NCBI RefSeq assembly: GCF_038025025.1
Contig: NW_027117343.1
Span: 2,356,001-2,420,000, forward strand
Reading direction: 5' to 3'
From: Phyllosticta citribraziliensis
Lineage: Eukaryota
Length of the DNA stretch: 64,000 nucleotides
Part shown: piece after piece, positions 49,137-62,524 of the stretch
How positions within the stretch are numbered: position 1 is the stretch's first letter
How the letters are laid out: each line of letters starts with the position of its first letter
Translations under genes and position numbers: made by a program
Notes under the pieces: generated by a model
The model's input: only the letters and a program-made list of their open reading frames with translations
Told to the model about the DNA's origin: nothing
Database searches by the model: none

Positions 49137-49447
49137 ACACTCTCAGACCTCTACGGATCGATTGAAGCTGACGAGCAGTCAAGGAAGACAATGAAGCCAT
49201 CTCCGTCGGCCTCCCAGGCAATTTCCTGCCGTTAGGCGCGCCTGTCTGGCAACCAAAGCTCTGGTGTGAGTTTTCTACTCCAACTCGCCCTGCCTCTGTT
49301 CTTCCTGGTTGGCGGCACTGACAAATGCTCAAGCCGTGCGTCCGGAAAGGTTCTTGAGTATTCGAGCAGTCCGAATGAATCAATGAAAACGGGTTTCGAG
49401 ATTCGAGGAAGGAGAAATAATACTACATACATGCACATGCTGTTTGC

Positions 49448-52400
49448 CTACTCAAGCCCAGGAAAGCCATTCACCGGCACAGCCTCCAACAGCCGCCTCA
49501 ACATGGCCAGCACCTCGCCATCTCTCCCCGCCACACCAACAGCCTTCACAATCAAGGGATACAACACCTTCAAATGCTGCTTCTCCAACGCCTTTTTGCG
49601 CCCGTCACCAGCACCCAACCTCTCTATGCCATTAAATGCGCCCTCCTCCGCGACCAACTCTCTCAACTCCTTGGCGAAAAACAGCAACTCGCTTCGTTGG
49701 CTATCCGGCAGCGGCAGCCGACCTCGTAGCGGCTGATCGGCGACGTAGCCCTTGAATACCAAGCCCGCGCGCAGGAGCAAGAAGGGCGCCGCCGCTTGGG
49801 AGAGCGCGACGCGTTCGGGCGAGCCGTCCGACTTGGAGACGAGGGATAGGAGCTCGCGCAGACAGACATATGACATGCGCATGCGCGGTGTGGGCGCGGG
49901 ATCGAATGTGCGGCCGTGTCGGGGACGGTATAGGTCAACGAGTGGGTCCGCGCCGGATTCTAGCTTTGAGCGAGGGGGGAGATCGGAAATGGAGGGGGAG
50001 TGGATAAGAGACGTGGTGAAAAGAGACAACGCATAGGCGTTGCGTGTGGTTGATGGGATGTACTCAGCGCCTAGGCGCGGGATGATGATGTTTCTGAGCG
50101 CAGTGAGCGACTTCATGTCGAACCCTTCGTCGTCCAAGATGGGAGTGTTGGCTGTAGCGGCCGTGAGGTCGGCGCGAGCGATGCCATCGGCAATTGCGGC
50201 GGTCTCTACCCATATCGGAACGAGGTGTTCCGGCGAAATCGAAAGGCGTTCGGCATTGGCGAGGGCAGGGCCAAGGATGTTGAGCGCCGTTGTGGTAGCC
50301 TTTTGCCAGATTGGTGGTGCCTTTCCCTGAGTCTTGAAAGCATACTTCAAGCGAATAGGAGTAGAGAGGCTTTGAAGAGAAGAAAGAAGCGCGCCTTGAG
50401 TGAACAGCTCAGCTTTTCCAATGTGCTGGTCCACCACAGTTTGAATCTTCTCCATGGACGCTTTTGACAGAGCGACAAAGGTGTTTCCGCCAGAGTTTTC
50501 GGGGGTTTCGAATGGAAAGGCGATAAGGTCGGCAAAGCATTTGACCACGACAGTTGAGGCACCGTCAAAGTCGGTCTTGATCATCTGAATACTCTGGAGG
50601 ACCTGCTTCTGCAACGCCGTCAACAGGTCTTTGTCTGACGAGTATGACGTGCTCTCCTCTTCCGCCACACAGCGACGAAGATTCGACGCTGCTTTTGACA
50701 AATCTTCTACGCCGAGTTTGTTACCAAAAAGACGGTAGACCTCTTTAAAGCAATGTACGTAGGCCAAGAATGCGTCGACATTTTCAGGGTCCGAAGGATT
50801 GATCGAACGGCCGACGGGGAAATCTTCCAGCCAAATGTGGCTTGCTTGGCTAATGGCAGCTTCTCCGACCTGGTTGGCAGAGTCAAGCTTGCCCAGCAGA
50901 CCAGCTACCGCGCCGTATGTCACGGCGTTCACGGCCTGTGATCCACAGGTCAAGTAGGTCCTGAAATGCTCAAACATGGTGCCCCAGAGCTGCGAAAATT
51001 CGGGGGCTTGGAGAATGTTTTCCTGGTAGTTTGAGAACAATTTGACCAGGCCGTTTAGGATGATCCGTGTCGTTTCAACCCACCCCTTTAGTTCCTCAAT
51101 GTCTGGGGTTGGCGAGGCAGACTGAAGGTCCTTCTGGTCTTTGATGTTTGAGTGTAACAGGTGGAAGAGGATGGCACGAAGACAAAGGTTCCATGATGCT
51201 GGAGTAAGCTGGTCTCCATAGTTGTCGAATATGCGCAAGAGAGTGTGGAGCGTGCCGTTTCTGACCTCTGCTCGACGATCTTGAGCCACCGACGCGATTC
51301 GGAGAAGTAGATGCAGCCACATGGCGGGGAGGGAGTGCACTTTGACATCTTCACGAATGTGAGTGCCAGGATCTTCGACAGAAACGGACTTTGTAGCAAG
51401 CTCCTCCATCTTTCCCGCATCGGCGCGACCACGAAGGTAGTCGGAGACATTCCAAAAGAACGTGATTGTCTATCACTGTCAGCCTTGGTTCACCACAAAA
51501 TTGACCGCGCATACCGTGAGTGACATGTTCAAGTCCTCCTTCTGGTCGCAGAATAGGTACAAGAGATCGAGAAGCATTAGAATGGGGTCATCCGGAATCG
51601 AGGTAAGGAAGTCTCCACAAATTAGTTGAACAGATCCGAAGGCAAGCCGCCCAATCCTCGTGGAGATCATTCCAGATGCAGTCTTGCTGGCAGCTTCGGA
51701 CATCGACGCGTCAGATTGGTCCTTGTTCTTCTCTGTCGCTGCACCAGTAAAGACGCTTCTTGCCAGCAGGAAAACCAGGCTCCACCCCACGACGAGGGAG
51801 TCGCCAAACTGTTCGAGCAGTGCTTTGAGAGCGTCCAGGACAACGACATGTACTTCAACGTCAGTCTCGTCAAGTTCATCCTCAGGGCCACTGGCACCAT
51901 CATAAAGAGCTCCAACCACTTGATGTAGAGCGTTCAGAATACGCTCGTGGATTTCGTTCTTCAACTCTTCATCTTCATTCTTGGCTTCTTTTGCGACATC
52001 TTGCACCAGTCGACTAAGCACATCAATAGCCAGCAAGCGAATCGAGCTGCTCACTGATCCTCTTGTTGCGACGGAGATCAGTGTGTTGATGAACACTGTC
52101 CATCCACTAACATCGGGATCAAAACTGATTAGACGGTTGGCATTGAGCGTTCCCAAGTCACCGATCTTGTGTAGTGGAAAGACGTAATCCTGTACATGAA
52201 GTTCGGATCTGATGTTGAGGCCAAAGCTGCTCTCCCGTCTTTCGGTAGTTGGTGTGGAAGCTCCTTGAGCCGTTGATTGCGCTCGCGGTTTACCCTCGAG
52301 CAGAGCGCACAATGCACTGAGTACCTGGACGAAAGAGTCGTTGGGAAAATCGACGGTGCTTTCGAACAGTCTTGAGGCAGCGGCTTGTACAGCAGCCACT

Positions 52401-54830
52401 TCAGAACCCATACTTTGAGCCAGTGCCCCGCCGTCGTGTCTGTTGCCTCTCCGGTCGCGACCAGTGCTACCAGTATTGACAGCAGCCATGATGATGTCAG
52501 CTTGCTGCAACGTCTCAAAAATGATGGACCATGCTGATTCGAGGGTCGGGCCAAGAGCAATAGCAAGGTTTAGAAGCGCTCTGAGGCAGAGAAGATTTCG
52601 AGTGCTGAGAGTTGGATACCCGGCCTCAGACGATGAAGCTCGGTTCTTTTCTGACCCCTGACTCACCAGGCTGTCTACACTCAGCAAGCCTTTGTTGTTG
52701 TTGAAGACGGTGGGCGTCTCATTTCCAGAGCCGGAAGGTTTTGGGGTTGAGACTGTGGCAGTGAATATAGTCGGAGGGACAGCAGCTTTGCCCAGGGTAG
52801 TGAGAAATGCATCCCGGGGCGTGGAAAGTCGCAGCAACCCTGCTATCTGCGTGAATTTTTGAATAGATCGAACAAGGTCGTGGTAGTAGTCGGCATCCAA
52901 CGCAGCGTTCAGAAATGTCGAGCAAGTTGCAAGCACTGCTGGCCAACAATCGTTGATGGCCTCGGCACTCATTTTGATGGCGTCTTCGGCCGGGTTGTGC
53001 TTCAACTCCAAAGGATTGACTGGCACCGTTCTTCGGCGGAAAGATTGCGATCGAGCGACCCGACTCCTGGGCTTTTCTTCTTCGGGCGTCTGTGGTTCTG
53101 CTTGTTCTTGAGAGTTGGGGCCCTTTTTCGACTTCTTTTTGCCATCTTTGTGAACTGTCAAAGGCAAAATGAATTTGGCAAGGCTCTCGGAAAAGTTGTT
53201 GATGCAGCCCAAAACAAGACTGTAGATGTATGTCTCTGGCAACGACGGAGGCTCGAGCTTATCTAGGTGATCCATGCATGGAATCCTGAGCGTGCTCCAC
53301 TGTGTACTGATTCCTGGCACACTTGCCATGGTTGGGGCGCCACCAATGATTCCTGCCACGGCACCAGCTTCCAAAGCAGCTTGCGCCGCTGGAGCATCGT
53401 TCTCCGGGGCCCCAACTGGAGCGGTAGACTGCTGGCCCAAACCAATGACGGATGGCTTTTCCGTCGAAAGTCGGACAAAGATGGCCAGGTTGTCGCGAAT
53501 CACCGGCTTGCTGTCTTCTCTGGCATCATAGTGGGAGTAAATCTGCAAAATGAGATTTGGATCCGAATAAAGGTTTCGGAAAATCTCCATGCACATGGCG
53601 CGTTTCCAAGGGGTTGCAGCATCAGGATCAAGCATATGATTCAATAGGCCTAGAGCCATGCCGCATTCTGAAGACAAGATGGTGATGTGTTGTCTGAGCA
53701 GCAGATTGAAGACACGCATGATCCGCAGGGTAATGGGAAATGTCAGCCGCTCCGATATGGCCTTGATTACCAGTGGCATCAGATGGACACGAAGCACATT
53801 TCCTTGCTCAGGATGAGTCAAGAAGAGGTTGCCATGATTACTGAGTACGGCCTCGATCAGTTCAAGGCCTGAAGCTTGCGAAATCGGGGAGAACCGAATG
53901 GATTGAGGTCTGTTGCCTTCAGTCAAAAGGCAAATATCACGAAAGACCTGTCCTCAAATAAGCACATGCGTGGAGTCCGATGGTGATTGGATTTACCTTG
54001 TAGGCATCGTGGGCCGCGGGACGCACGACAACGGGCCCAGCCTCGCTCGGCACCTCTGCCACGGTTGGAATTTCGAGTTGCTTTGCTTTATTCCATGTCA
54101 GATTCATATATTCCGGCCGTGACATAGTACTCCTTACCATCTTCCGTGACCACTTTTTCAAATGTGGAGATGACGAGTTGCTGTAGCGTGGCAGCAGCAG
54201 TACCGCTGACAGCGGGATTCTTTGCGGTTTGCAGTGAAGAACAGACTTGGAGCACACTCGAAAGCAGTTCACCTCTGATTTCATTGGAGTAATTCTGGAG
54301 CAAGGAGGGTAATGCCTGGAGAATTTTCAATTGAGTATCCAAACCTGTAGGGCGTCAGGAGCGGTTGGAATTTGGGTTATTGACGGGCGTTGGAAATTAC
54401 TCAGTTGGCTGGAGTCTTTAAAACCGTCAAGGACCTCACTCAGCCTGCTGCGTGGGACAGCGCTCATGACAATGAGTCGCTGAAGGCAGACGACAGCGGC
54501 CCCGGCGAACCTAGCATTTTGGGTGGTGCATGCTTTGACGAAGGGGTCGATAAATTGTGGCCGGCGGACCAAGTCTCTTTCAGCATCAGTCAAGCACTAG
54601 GGAGCCATTGGCGCTCTGGCATGTACCAACCGGCAGCTAGCTGAACTTCAGACGTAGAAGGCAGAGCCTTGAGTTCCTGGAGCGATTTGTCGGCGGCCTG
54701 GAAGCTCGGTCAGCCATGCGCCAGGGTGTTGAAAGCGGCCAAGCAAACGGACATTTCGTAGCTCGGGATTCTTGCGCTTCGAATCCTGGATGAGATTGGT
54801 CAGCTCGGAGCTGAGAATCTGCGCTGTCAT
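49448..54830 (-). CDS. MON2: Mon2/Ysl2 endosomal/Golgi trafficking protein, ~7 exons
   Basis: MTAQILSSELTNLIQDSKRKNPELRN; QLKILQALPSLLQNY; AAATLQQLV; WKRAMCMEIFR; CWPAVLA; PRDAFLTTLGK; RNLLCLRALL; DRRAEVRNGTLHTL; YVADQPLRGRLPLP. Successive ORFs are linked by canonical introns. Confidence 0.92.
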
Positions 54831-55213
54831 GCTCGTAAATAGGCTGTTGGCGGCATCAGGTAGGCCAAAACGAGGGTTGAAGTTGGGATGGCGATGCTTG
54901 CGTGGCTTCTGTTCAGTTAAGGCAAGGCACGTGAGGGCGGTGGTGCCAAGAAAGACCCCTGTCCCTGTCCAGTCGCCGGGCTGGTCTGATTGTCCACCTC
55001 ACCGCCCGCTTGCCTACCTGTTGCTACACAACACTGCACGCCATCCGTTTGCTCCAACGATCTCCCTCTCCACCTCCTCCCCAACCTTTCTTCGCTCGCC
55101 GAGCCCCACGAGCTGCGAACTCCCTCTGCAGCTTTGCCCGACCTCCGCCGCGCCCGATCACCCAAAACCTCACTTACGTCATCCTCAAAAGCGTCCGTCT
55201 ACCCCGCTGAATC

Positions 55214-55790
55214 ATGGGTGCCAAAGTGCCACGGAATTTCCGTCTGCTGGAGGAGCTCGAGAAGGGCGAAAAGGGCCTTGGAGCTGAAGCTTGCTCGTAC
55301 GGCCTGGAGAACGGCGACGACCTTCTCATGTCCAACTGGAACGGCACAATTCTTGGTCCCCCTCACGTACGTCGCCATTTCTCCCGCCTTCTCCACCAGC
55401 CGCTGACAACAACTCTGCAGAGCGTCCACGAGAACCGCATATACAGCGTCAAGATCCACTGCGGCGAGCAATATCCTGATGCGCCTCCTGAGGTCACATT
55501 CGTCTCCAAGATCAACCTGCCTTGTGTGAACCAGAGCAATGGAAAGGTATTACATTGGAAGCACACGACAAGCTTAGACAAGACTAAGGCGTGTACAGGT
55601 CGACCCGACGAAGCTGCCCTGCCTTGCGCAGTGGAAGCGGGACTTTACCATGGAGACCATCCTGATTGAATTGAGGAGGTAGGTCATCTTCGTGCTCAAT
55701 TTCCGAAGCAGGGCTCACCAATTTAGATTCATGGCTCTTCCTCAGCACAAGAAGCTTCCTCAGCCTCCCGAAGGCTCGTCTTACTCCTGA
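55214..55790 (+). CDS. MMS2: Ubiquitin-conjugating enzyme variant Mms2/UEV1, 4 exons
   Basis: AKVPRNFRLLEELEKGEKG...WNGTILGPPHSVHENRIYS...KINLPCVN...METILIELRRFMALPQHKKLPQPPEGSSYS*. Confidence 0.96.
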
Positions 55791-56357
55791 AGTGGTCATG
55801 ACCACCCCCATACGTGCACCACTCCTCCAGCGACGACCCGGCCTGTGGGTAAAACCTTCCAACACCAGCGTGTTTCGGCTTTGAAGCCAGATTCGATCTT
55901 CACTTGGGATATACTTTTTGGGCGGGACCTCTGTCACAAATTCGACACCACATCTCTTTGCTCTGCATAGCTGCGGAGTTAGACGAGCAATTCTATTTGC
56001 AGCGATCCAAATTACTTGAGTTCAGCCTCAATTAGTAGCCGATGTCATTGACATGCCCAAGACAGCATAGAGATACTCAATAGTCTCGATTTCGAATAAT
56101 TCAAAGCCCAGTGATATGTGCATTCAGGTTCTCAATATTCTTCTGGTGTCTCCTGGTCCTGCGATCCAATTTCGACAGCAAAATCAGTCAAGGGTAAGGT
56201 CTGAAAAACCGAGTGACGACATTGGCACGTGCTCCCGCGCCGGCCCAGGAACATGGACCAAACGCCTGCACGACTCGCCTATCTTGAAATCCAAACCTCA
56301 CCTCGCCTCCGCTCGGCACGGCTTCTCGTTCCGCGCTCACTGATGGCCGACTCATGA

Positions 56358-57375
56358 ATGCCGCGATTTCTCGTACCTAGGAACACGGGCACCCACCGGG
56401 TAGCTGGTACTCTTGTCCTCTTCTTCGCGCCCACTTCTTGTTAACCCGGACTCCAGCCATTGCACTGTACCGCGCGCTGCTCGCATCATGCTCATCTGTC
56501 CCAGTAGCCGCTGAGGAGCGAGAGTCTTTGCGCAATGTAGTACGCAACAAGTTTCGACGCAATCAGCTAGTCCATAGCTCGCGTCTGTTGGCGTTGGCTT
56601 TCAATTCCGGCTACAACGTACGTTGCCCTTCTAAATACCCTCTGTCTATTTTGTCTGACACTTTGTACGCCAGACGCTCGACATGTTCGACCAATCCGTC
56701 AAGGGCGACACCACTTCCACCACGCACATCTGCGAGCTTCTCGAGCAGACTCCTCTGCACCTCAAGCGGCCACCTCGAATACGAAAGCCCCCCAAGCAAC
56801 CTGAAGGGCGCATCCCCACCGCATGCCCCCCGCCGGAGCAACAGCTACTCAACACTAGGCCCTACATGAACGTGCCCGGCAAGCGCAAGATTCCGATATT
56901 GCGTGTGAACAACGGCGTCCCCTTCCTCATGTATGGCAAACCGCAACCAGAGAGCCTAGGCCGCATCCTGCGATATCAAGTTCTCAAAGGCCAAGATCGA
57001 CAGAATTGGCTGGGGGTGATCGAGAACGACATGATGCCGCAAGCGAGTCAGGAGGATTTTTGGGACGACCTGCTTGAAGCAGCATTTGGGATCGGCGACA
57101 GCAACAGTCCAGACGCACACATGGGCCAGGCTGAGGTGGATGAGGAAGACAGTAGGTGGGTGACAGAAGTGGCTGATTTCCGATCTCTTTTGAACGCCGA
57201 GTGGAAAGGATCAAAGTCAGCCAGGTCCAGGACTGCACGATTGATGCAGGGTATTGTCGATCGCGAGGTGGTGCTGGCGGAGAAGGAAAAGAAGAAGCGC
57301 GAGTCGCTAAAGCGGTTGCAGCAAGACTTGAAAGCGAGGCGTTATATCAATCTCATCGAAGAGGACCAGTTTTGA
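56358..57375 (+). CDS. Mitochondrial LYR-motif (complex 1 LYR family) protein, 3 exons
   Basis: Spliced MPRFLVPRNTGTHRVAAIALYRALL...LRNVVRNKFRRNQ...; canonical introns at ~56407-56456 and ~56618-56673. Confidence 0.75.
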
Positions 57376-57575
57376 CCAAAAGCTAAATTTCAGACAAGTC
57401 CAAGCAGCGTCGACGTGAGAAAGCCTGCATGATATCAGGCTGCTTTTTCAGCTTCTTGAAATTTCAAGCAATTGTGAGCTATTGCTGCATCTATGTATTG
57501 CGCTCCGTCAACAGCGGTCTCATATCCCAAGTTCCGTTTCGAGTTTGCCAGCGCTTCAGTTCCTCGCGTCTCTCT

Positions 57576-58444
57576 CTAAGCCCCAATTTTTACGCCCTTC
57601 ACGCCCTCCACGATATCTTCGTCCTCCTCATCCTCGCCCTTACCAGCCAAGCCCCTCTCCCAGAGCTGCCTTCCCGTCAACTTCTTATCGCCAGATCCTG
57701 AGATACCTGAGGCACCACCACCACCCCTGCGCTTCTTCGCATCCTCTATCATCTTCTCCTCAGCCTCCTTCCTCTCCTTCTCCGCCATCTCCTTGTAGAA
57801 CTCCTCTCTCCACGCCAGAAAGCGCTCGCGCGTGACGCGCTCACCCATGAACTTTGCATTCTCGGCCTCCTCAGCCTTGCGCGCCTCGGCATCGCGGGCT
57901 TCAGTGGCGGCGTTCCGGCGATCTATGATGATTTGCTCGGCAGCCTCTTTGAGCGCCGACACGAGTGTGAAGATCATGGCCATGCCGAGGTTCTCCTCGA
58001 CCGTGGGCTCCAGCGCGGACAGCAGCGCGGGCTTGTCTTCAGCGAGGTCGAGGTGTGGGTGCTTGGGCGTGTTGGGCGCGGGGAGGATGTCGAGGTCGGG
58101 TCCGACATCTGGGTAGTCTTCGGGGTATGAGACGCGGAGGAGGAAGGTCGCTGTTGTATTCAAGCAGTGCGCGGATTAGTTTCGAGTGGCTAGAAGAGCG
58201 CAGGTGTGGTAGGGTCATTGTGTACGCGGTGGTGTTTCATCGCCGGACTCATTCTCCAGGTCCAGAGTTATCGACACCCGGTATTCGGTTTCTGAGATGT
58301 CTGCACAGTACATGGTCAGTCTCTGAGGTAACTTTTGCGCGGATGTTTCCTAGGGAAAAAAGTGAGAGGGAGCGCACCGGTGATCTCATCTGGAAAGATT
58401 GATTCGAGGACCTCTCGCTCCTCCTTTTGATCTTCTCTCCCCAT
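57576..58444 (-). CDS. GIR2: RWD-domain protein (Gir2/RWDD1-like), 3 exons
   Basis: MGREDQKEEREVLESIFPDEITDISETEYRVSI...YPEDYPDVGP (YPxxxP), EENLGMAMIFTLVS, GERVTRERFLAWRE, KLTGRQLWERG. Confidence 0.88.
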
Positions 58445-58728
58445 TTTGACGGTTTCTTGGGCGGTTTGGTTGTATGATCTAAATTGACGTCGCGACAGCA
58501 GCAGCGGGGCGGAACCTGTCCCGCGCGTTTGGTCACCGCCCGGCGGCAAGTGGTCCTTGCGCCGCATCTTGGCCGACATTTTTTGACGTGAGCTTTCGCA
58601 AGCTCATCTTCCATCATCGCAGGCCGGTGACTTTGACCTTTGCTCTCCGCAAATCACTGGATCGCGTCTGAGCTCAATTACGCACGCGCTACCTTGCAAT
58701 CCCTCATATTCTATTACCGCCGTCCGGA

Positions 58729-59923
58729 ATGGCGAAAACGAAACCTCACGGCAAGAAATCCACCAAGTCCAAGAAGAGCGCAAAGAACGGCAGCAGCAAG
58801 ATGTCGCCTGAGCAAATGCTCGCCGAGGCCACGACCCTCCTACACACGTCGCAACCCGAGGAAGCTCTCGTCAAAGCTCGACGCGCCCTGGCCCAGCTCC
58901 AGCCCGACACAGACAGCCCGCCGAATGCTGCGGCTCTTCCCGCCATCAGTTTGCTGGGCGAGATCAACGTTGAGCTAGGCGATGCAGAAACTGCGAGAGA
59001 TTATTTCCTGGTTGCCGCTGCGTTGGATGAAGATGGATCAGTCCCCGAGAGCCAAGGAGGAGGAGCAGAAAAGTTCTTGTGGCTGGCGCAGCTGTGCGAC
59101 GAGGGTGGAGCTGAGAGTGTAGCCTGGTTTGAAAAGGGTGTCGAGGTGCTGAGAAGAGAAATCGGCGAGTGGGAGTCCAGGCCCAACAGCGAAGAGAAGA
59201 CGTTGGCACTGGATGAGAAGAAGAGAAAGCTGGCGAACGCACTGTGTGGTGTGGTCGAAGTCTACATGACGGACCTTTCGTAAGTTTCACAGCATCTGCA
59301 ACACATTCACAGGACTGACAAGTCACAGGTGGGAAGAAGATGCCGAGCAACGTTGCGAAGCGCTGATTACGGAAGCGCTCCTGATCCACCCCAACTGTCC
59401 CGAATCACTGCAAACTTTGGCTTCCGTCCGGATATCGCAACTACGTCATGAGGAAGCACGGACGGCGCTCAACATGAGCATGGACCTTTGGAAAGATCTC
59501 AAGCCCGAGGACCCCAAAGTACCAGACTTTCCCGTACGAATCAGTTTGGCCAGGCTACTGATGGAGGCCGAGATGGAAGACGAGGCAATCGAGGTCCTGG
59601 AGCGGCTTGTGCTTGAAGACGACTCTAGTGTCGAGGCGTGGTACCTCGGCGGCTGGTGTCTGCACTTGATGGCACAGAAGAAAAAGGACTCCGAAGACGA
59701 AGAAACAATCAAGGGGCTGCTCAAGACGAGTAGAGACTGGCTCACCAACAGCCTCAGGCTATACCAAATGCTGGAATACGAAGATGAGCGCTTGCAGGAT
59801 CATGCAACGGAGCTTGTGGAGGAGCTTAACAAGATTCTGGGTCCCCCCGTCGAGGGAGAGGAGGATGTCGAAGAATGGGAGGATGATGAAAGTGTCGAGG
59901 ATGAGGACATGGAGGGTACCTGA
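58729..59923 (+). CDS. ACL4: TPR protein, assembly chaperone of ribosomal protein L4, 2 exons (intron 59280-59328)
   Basis: AEKFLWLAQL, LANALCGVVEVYMTDLSWEEDAEQRCE, LQTLASVRISQ, VEAWYLGGW; acidic tail. Confidence 0.85.
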
Positions 59924-61937
59924 AATGGCACAGCCTAGTTCTGGCCCAACGAGCAAATTTTGGGCATCGCTTTGGCCGGAAAGTCAGCTCAAGTGCTGAG
60001 AGATTCTCCGGATGGACCGCGACACGTAGAGGGAAGAGGCGTAGACGACTGGAAACGAAGTTCCACAGGATTTCTCTAGCCATCTGATGCATTCGTGCGG
60101 ATGCCCAAAACCAAGCCATTGCGTCAAGGTCCTGCGGCGCATACTTCCGGGCAATGCGGCGTGGAGACAACGAAGCGGCAGCTGGACGTTTCTCGCCTAT
60201 TTTCTTTCCGAAGGCTGACACTTGATCCTTCAGAGGGACATCATTTGCTTTGGCTACCTAAGATGAGAACACGTCACGAGATGGTCAAGAGCTACCTTCT
60301 CAGTCTGAAGATGAGATACAGGTCTTGACAGGGTGCATCGCTTTGAATACTCCCTCGATGACGAATCGTACAATCAAAGGAAATACCCATCCTGTTTGAA
60401 ATTATCCTAGGACTATTCTCTTGTGTTGAATTTCTTTACAGTCAATCATCGTGCGTTTAGAGATTCGGTCCAAGGACTCCGTTCCAACAAGACCCGAGTT
60501 CACAAGTTGGTAGCTGACCACCTTTGAGATTGGCGAGGCCAGTAACCCTGATCAGTCATCGCTCATCTTTACCGAACAATCCCAGTCTAGGGTGACAGCT
60601 AAAATCGACATCATCTCATTCCTCAGCAGATGCATAGGAGTCTGCAGCACAGCGGGATTTCGTCAATGCTGGCCGTTCTACGCCGCTAGCTCGCATCTTG
60701 CAATCAACCCAAGCTGCAGGGAAACGCATACAAAACGCCATCGGAATACCGAACCGTTCGCATTGGATCTGACGTATGGTCAAGCATGCGTCCTTTTGAG
60801 TTCTAGGCCATTGGGTGGCTTGCGGAAGCGTTTCCGGGGAAAAGAAAGTTTTAGGTTGGCTGACAGCAACAATGCTTCGCAACAAGATAACATCGAGAGT
60901 GGACTACCTTCGACCAAAGAGGTCCAGAAGGTGGCAGGATGATCGACACGATGACTACTTTTCGCGACGACATGCGCCATCGCCAGCCACCTTTGAGGAA
61001 CTGAGTTCAATAAGGCATCCAAACAAAATCCTCGAGCTCTGTCTCCAATTGGTCCAAAAGAGCGTTCAGGCGCCAATAGAATTGAAGACTGTCTGCTGGC
61101 TTTGTCTAGATCTTGGCTCTGGAGATATCTCTCGATATTCGAGGTATGAAGGAACAGATCCACAGACTCAACATGAAACCTTGTGTGCCAGGAAGCTGGG
61201 CCGTCGACTGCGGCGTATGACAAGCTGCTATATTGAGGATTCAGGTACCATGTCAGAGACCACAAACTTCATTTGAGCCATAGCTGGGTACAGCAAGGCA
61301 AACGATGGATCAGCACATCGGGCACCGCGAGCCAACGCTCTACCCCCGAGACGTCAACGCGCAGAAAGCCAGACGAGAGAGTGGAAAAGTGGCAGCACTT
61401 GTTGCCGCATGCGCACCGCGGCAGCCCAGGCAAGCAAGCCAGCGGTAAGCAGCGGCTCTCCAAACTGGCTGGTGCTGCCAGTGTTGGCTGGCAGCACTGG
61501 GTGGTGGTGGAGGTGGTGCGCGCGGCAAGCGACGTGGGCAGCGACATACATAGCGCAGAGCTCGCTGTCCCCCAACTTGTCAACAAGAGGAGAAGTTGAG
61601 GCCAATGGGCAGCAGGCAGATGGGCATGATTGGCGGGCCCCGGACACTCAACTGCAGCTGCACGCCACCCCAAACCTTGCACCTGTCACACACCCGGACG
61701 GAGGAGCGCGGCGGTCGTGCTCGAGCGCTCGAAAACTCGCTCGCGTTTTCGCGCACTCGCGGGGGCGCGGAGGGAGAGCAAATGGGCGGCGGCGTTGCAG
61801 CAGGTATTAGGACTATCGATGGCCCCCCCTCCTTCTGGGTCTCCCCCCAGTTTACTATATCTACATACGACTATGCAGCGTCGCTGACGGCCGGTCCGTC
61901 TGGTACTTGCTGTACTCGCTCTATTGCTCGATTCAGC

Positions 61938-62524
61938 ATGGCAGTCGAAATTCCCCCCGCATTGATTGTGAGTCAAGTCTGGTTCTTCTGGAAGCATGGA
62001 TGCATTGCTTCCTTGGTCACCTGCCTTTGACTGACCATTGCACAGAAACATGCCATCTTGGAGGCCATACTCAACCTCAACCTCGACGTCAAAGATGAGA
62101 GCGGACATTCCTTCTTCGACTTCTTCTCCTCGCTTTTGGTACGCGGTCTCTCAGTCTTAAACACCATATCTCCCTCTCTCATCATTTGGTCCATCGTCCT
62201 ACCCTACCTGACATTCAGTAGTACCAGTGCACAGAGGCCTCAGCGACGACTGCTGCAAGTTCGGCAGAGGAGCTTGCCATCGAGCTGTGGAACCGCTTCC
62301 CCGGACGGCACAAGTCGTCCTCGCCCTGGACGCATCCTCCTCTTCTGAATTTTACTTTGCTGGCGCTGTACCGCAGAGGGGCCGCTTGGTATGGCTGGTA
62401 CAAGCCTATCGAGGAGGCCGCAATGAGTAAATGGCTCGCCCACGTAGGGCATAGCATGCCGTTGTGCGTGGGTTCTTGTCGGATTTGCGAGGCATATTCG
62501 CGGATCCATGGAGGTGTCGTGTGA
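61938..62524 (+). CDS. Hypothetical spliced gene (exons 61938-61967, 62046-62138, 62222-62524), possibly the start of a longer decayed gene
   Basis: Two introns with canonical donors (GTGAGT, GTACGC), CTGAC branch points and YAG acceptors join phase-0 exons: MAVEIPPALI|KHAILEAILNLNLDVKDESGHSFFDFFSSLL|YQCTEASATTAASSAEELAIELWNRFPGRHK...; no family recognised. Confidence 0.5.

Noticed and set aside
60815..61276. 153-aa plus-strand ORF with some protein-like character
   Set aside because: No good ATG, no recognisable motif or splice structure; could be a remnant but is unsupported.
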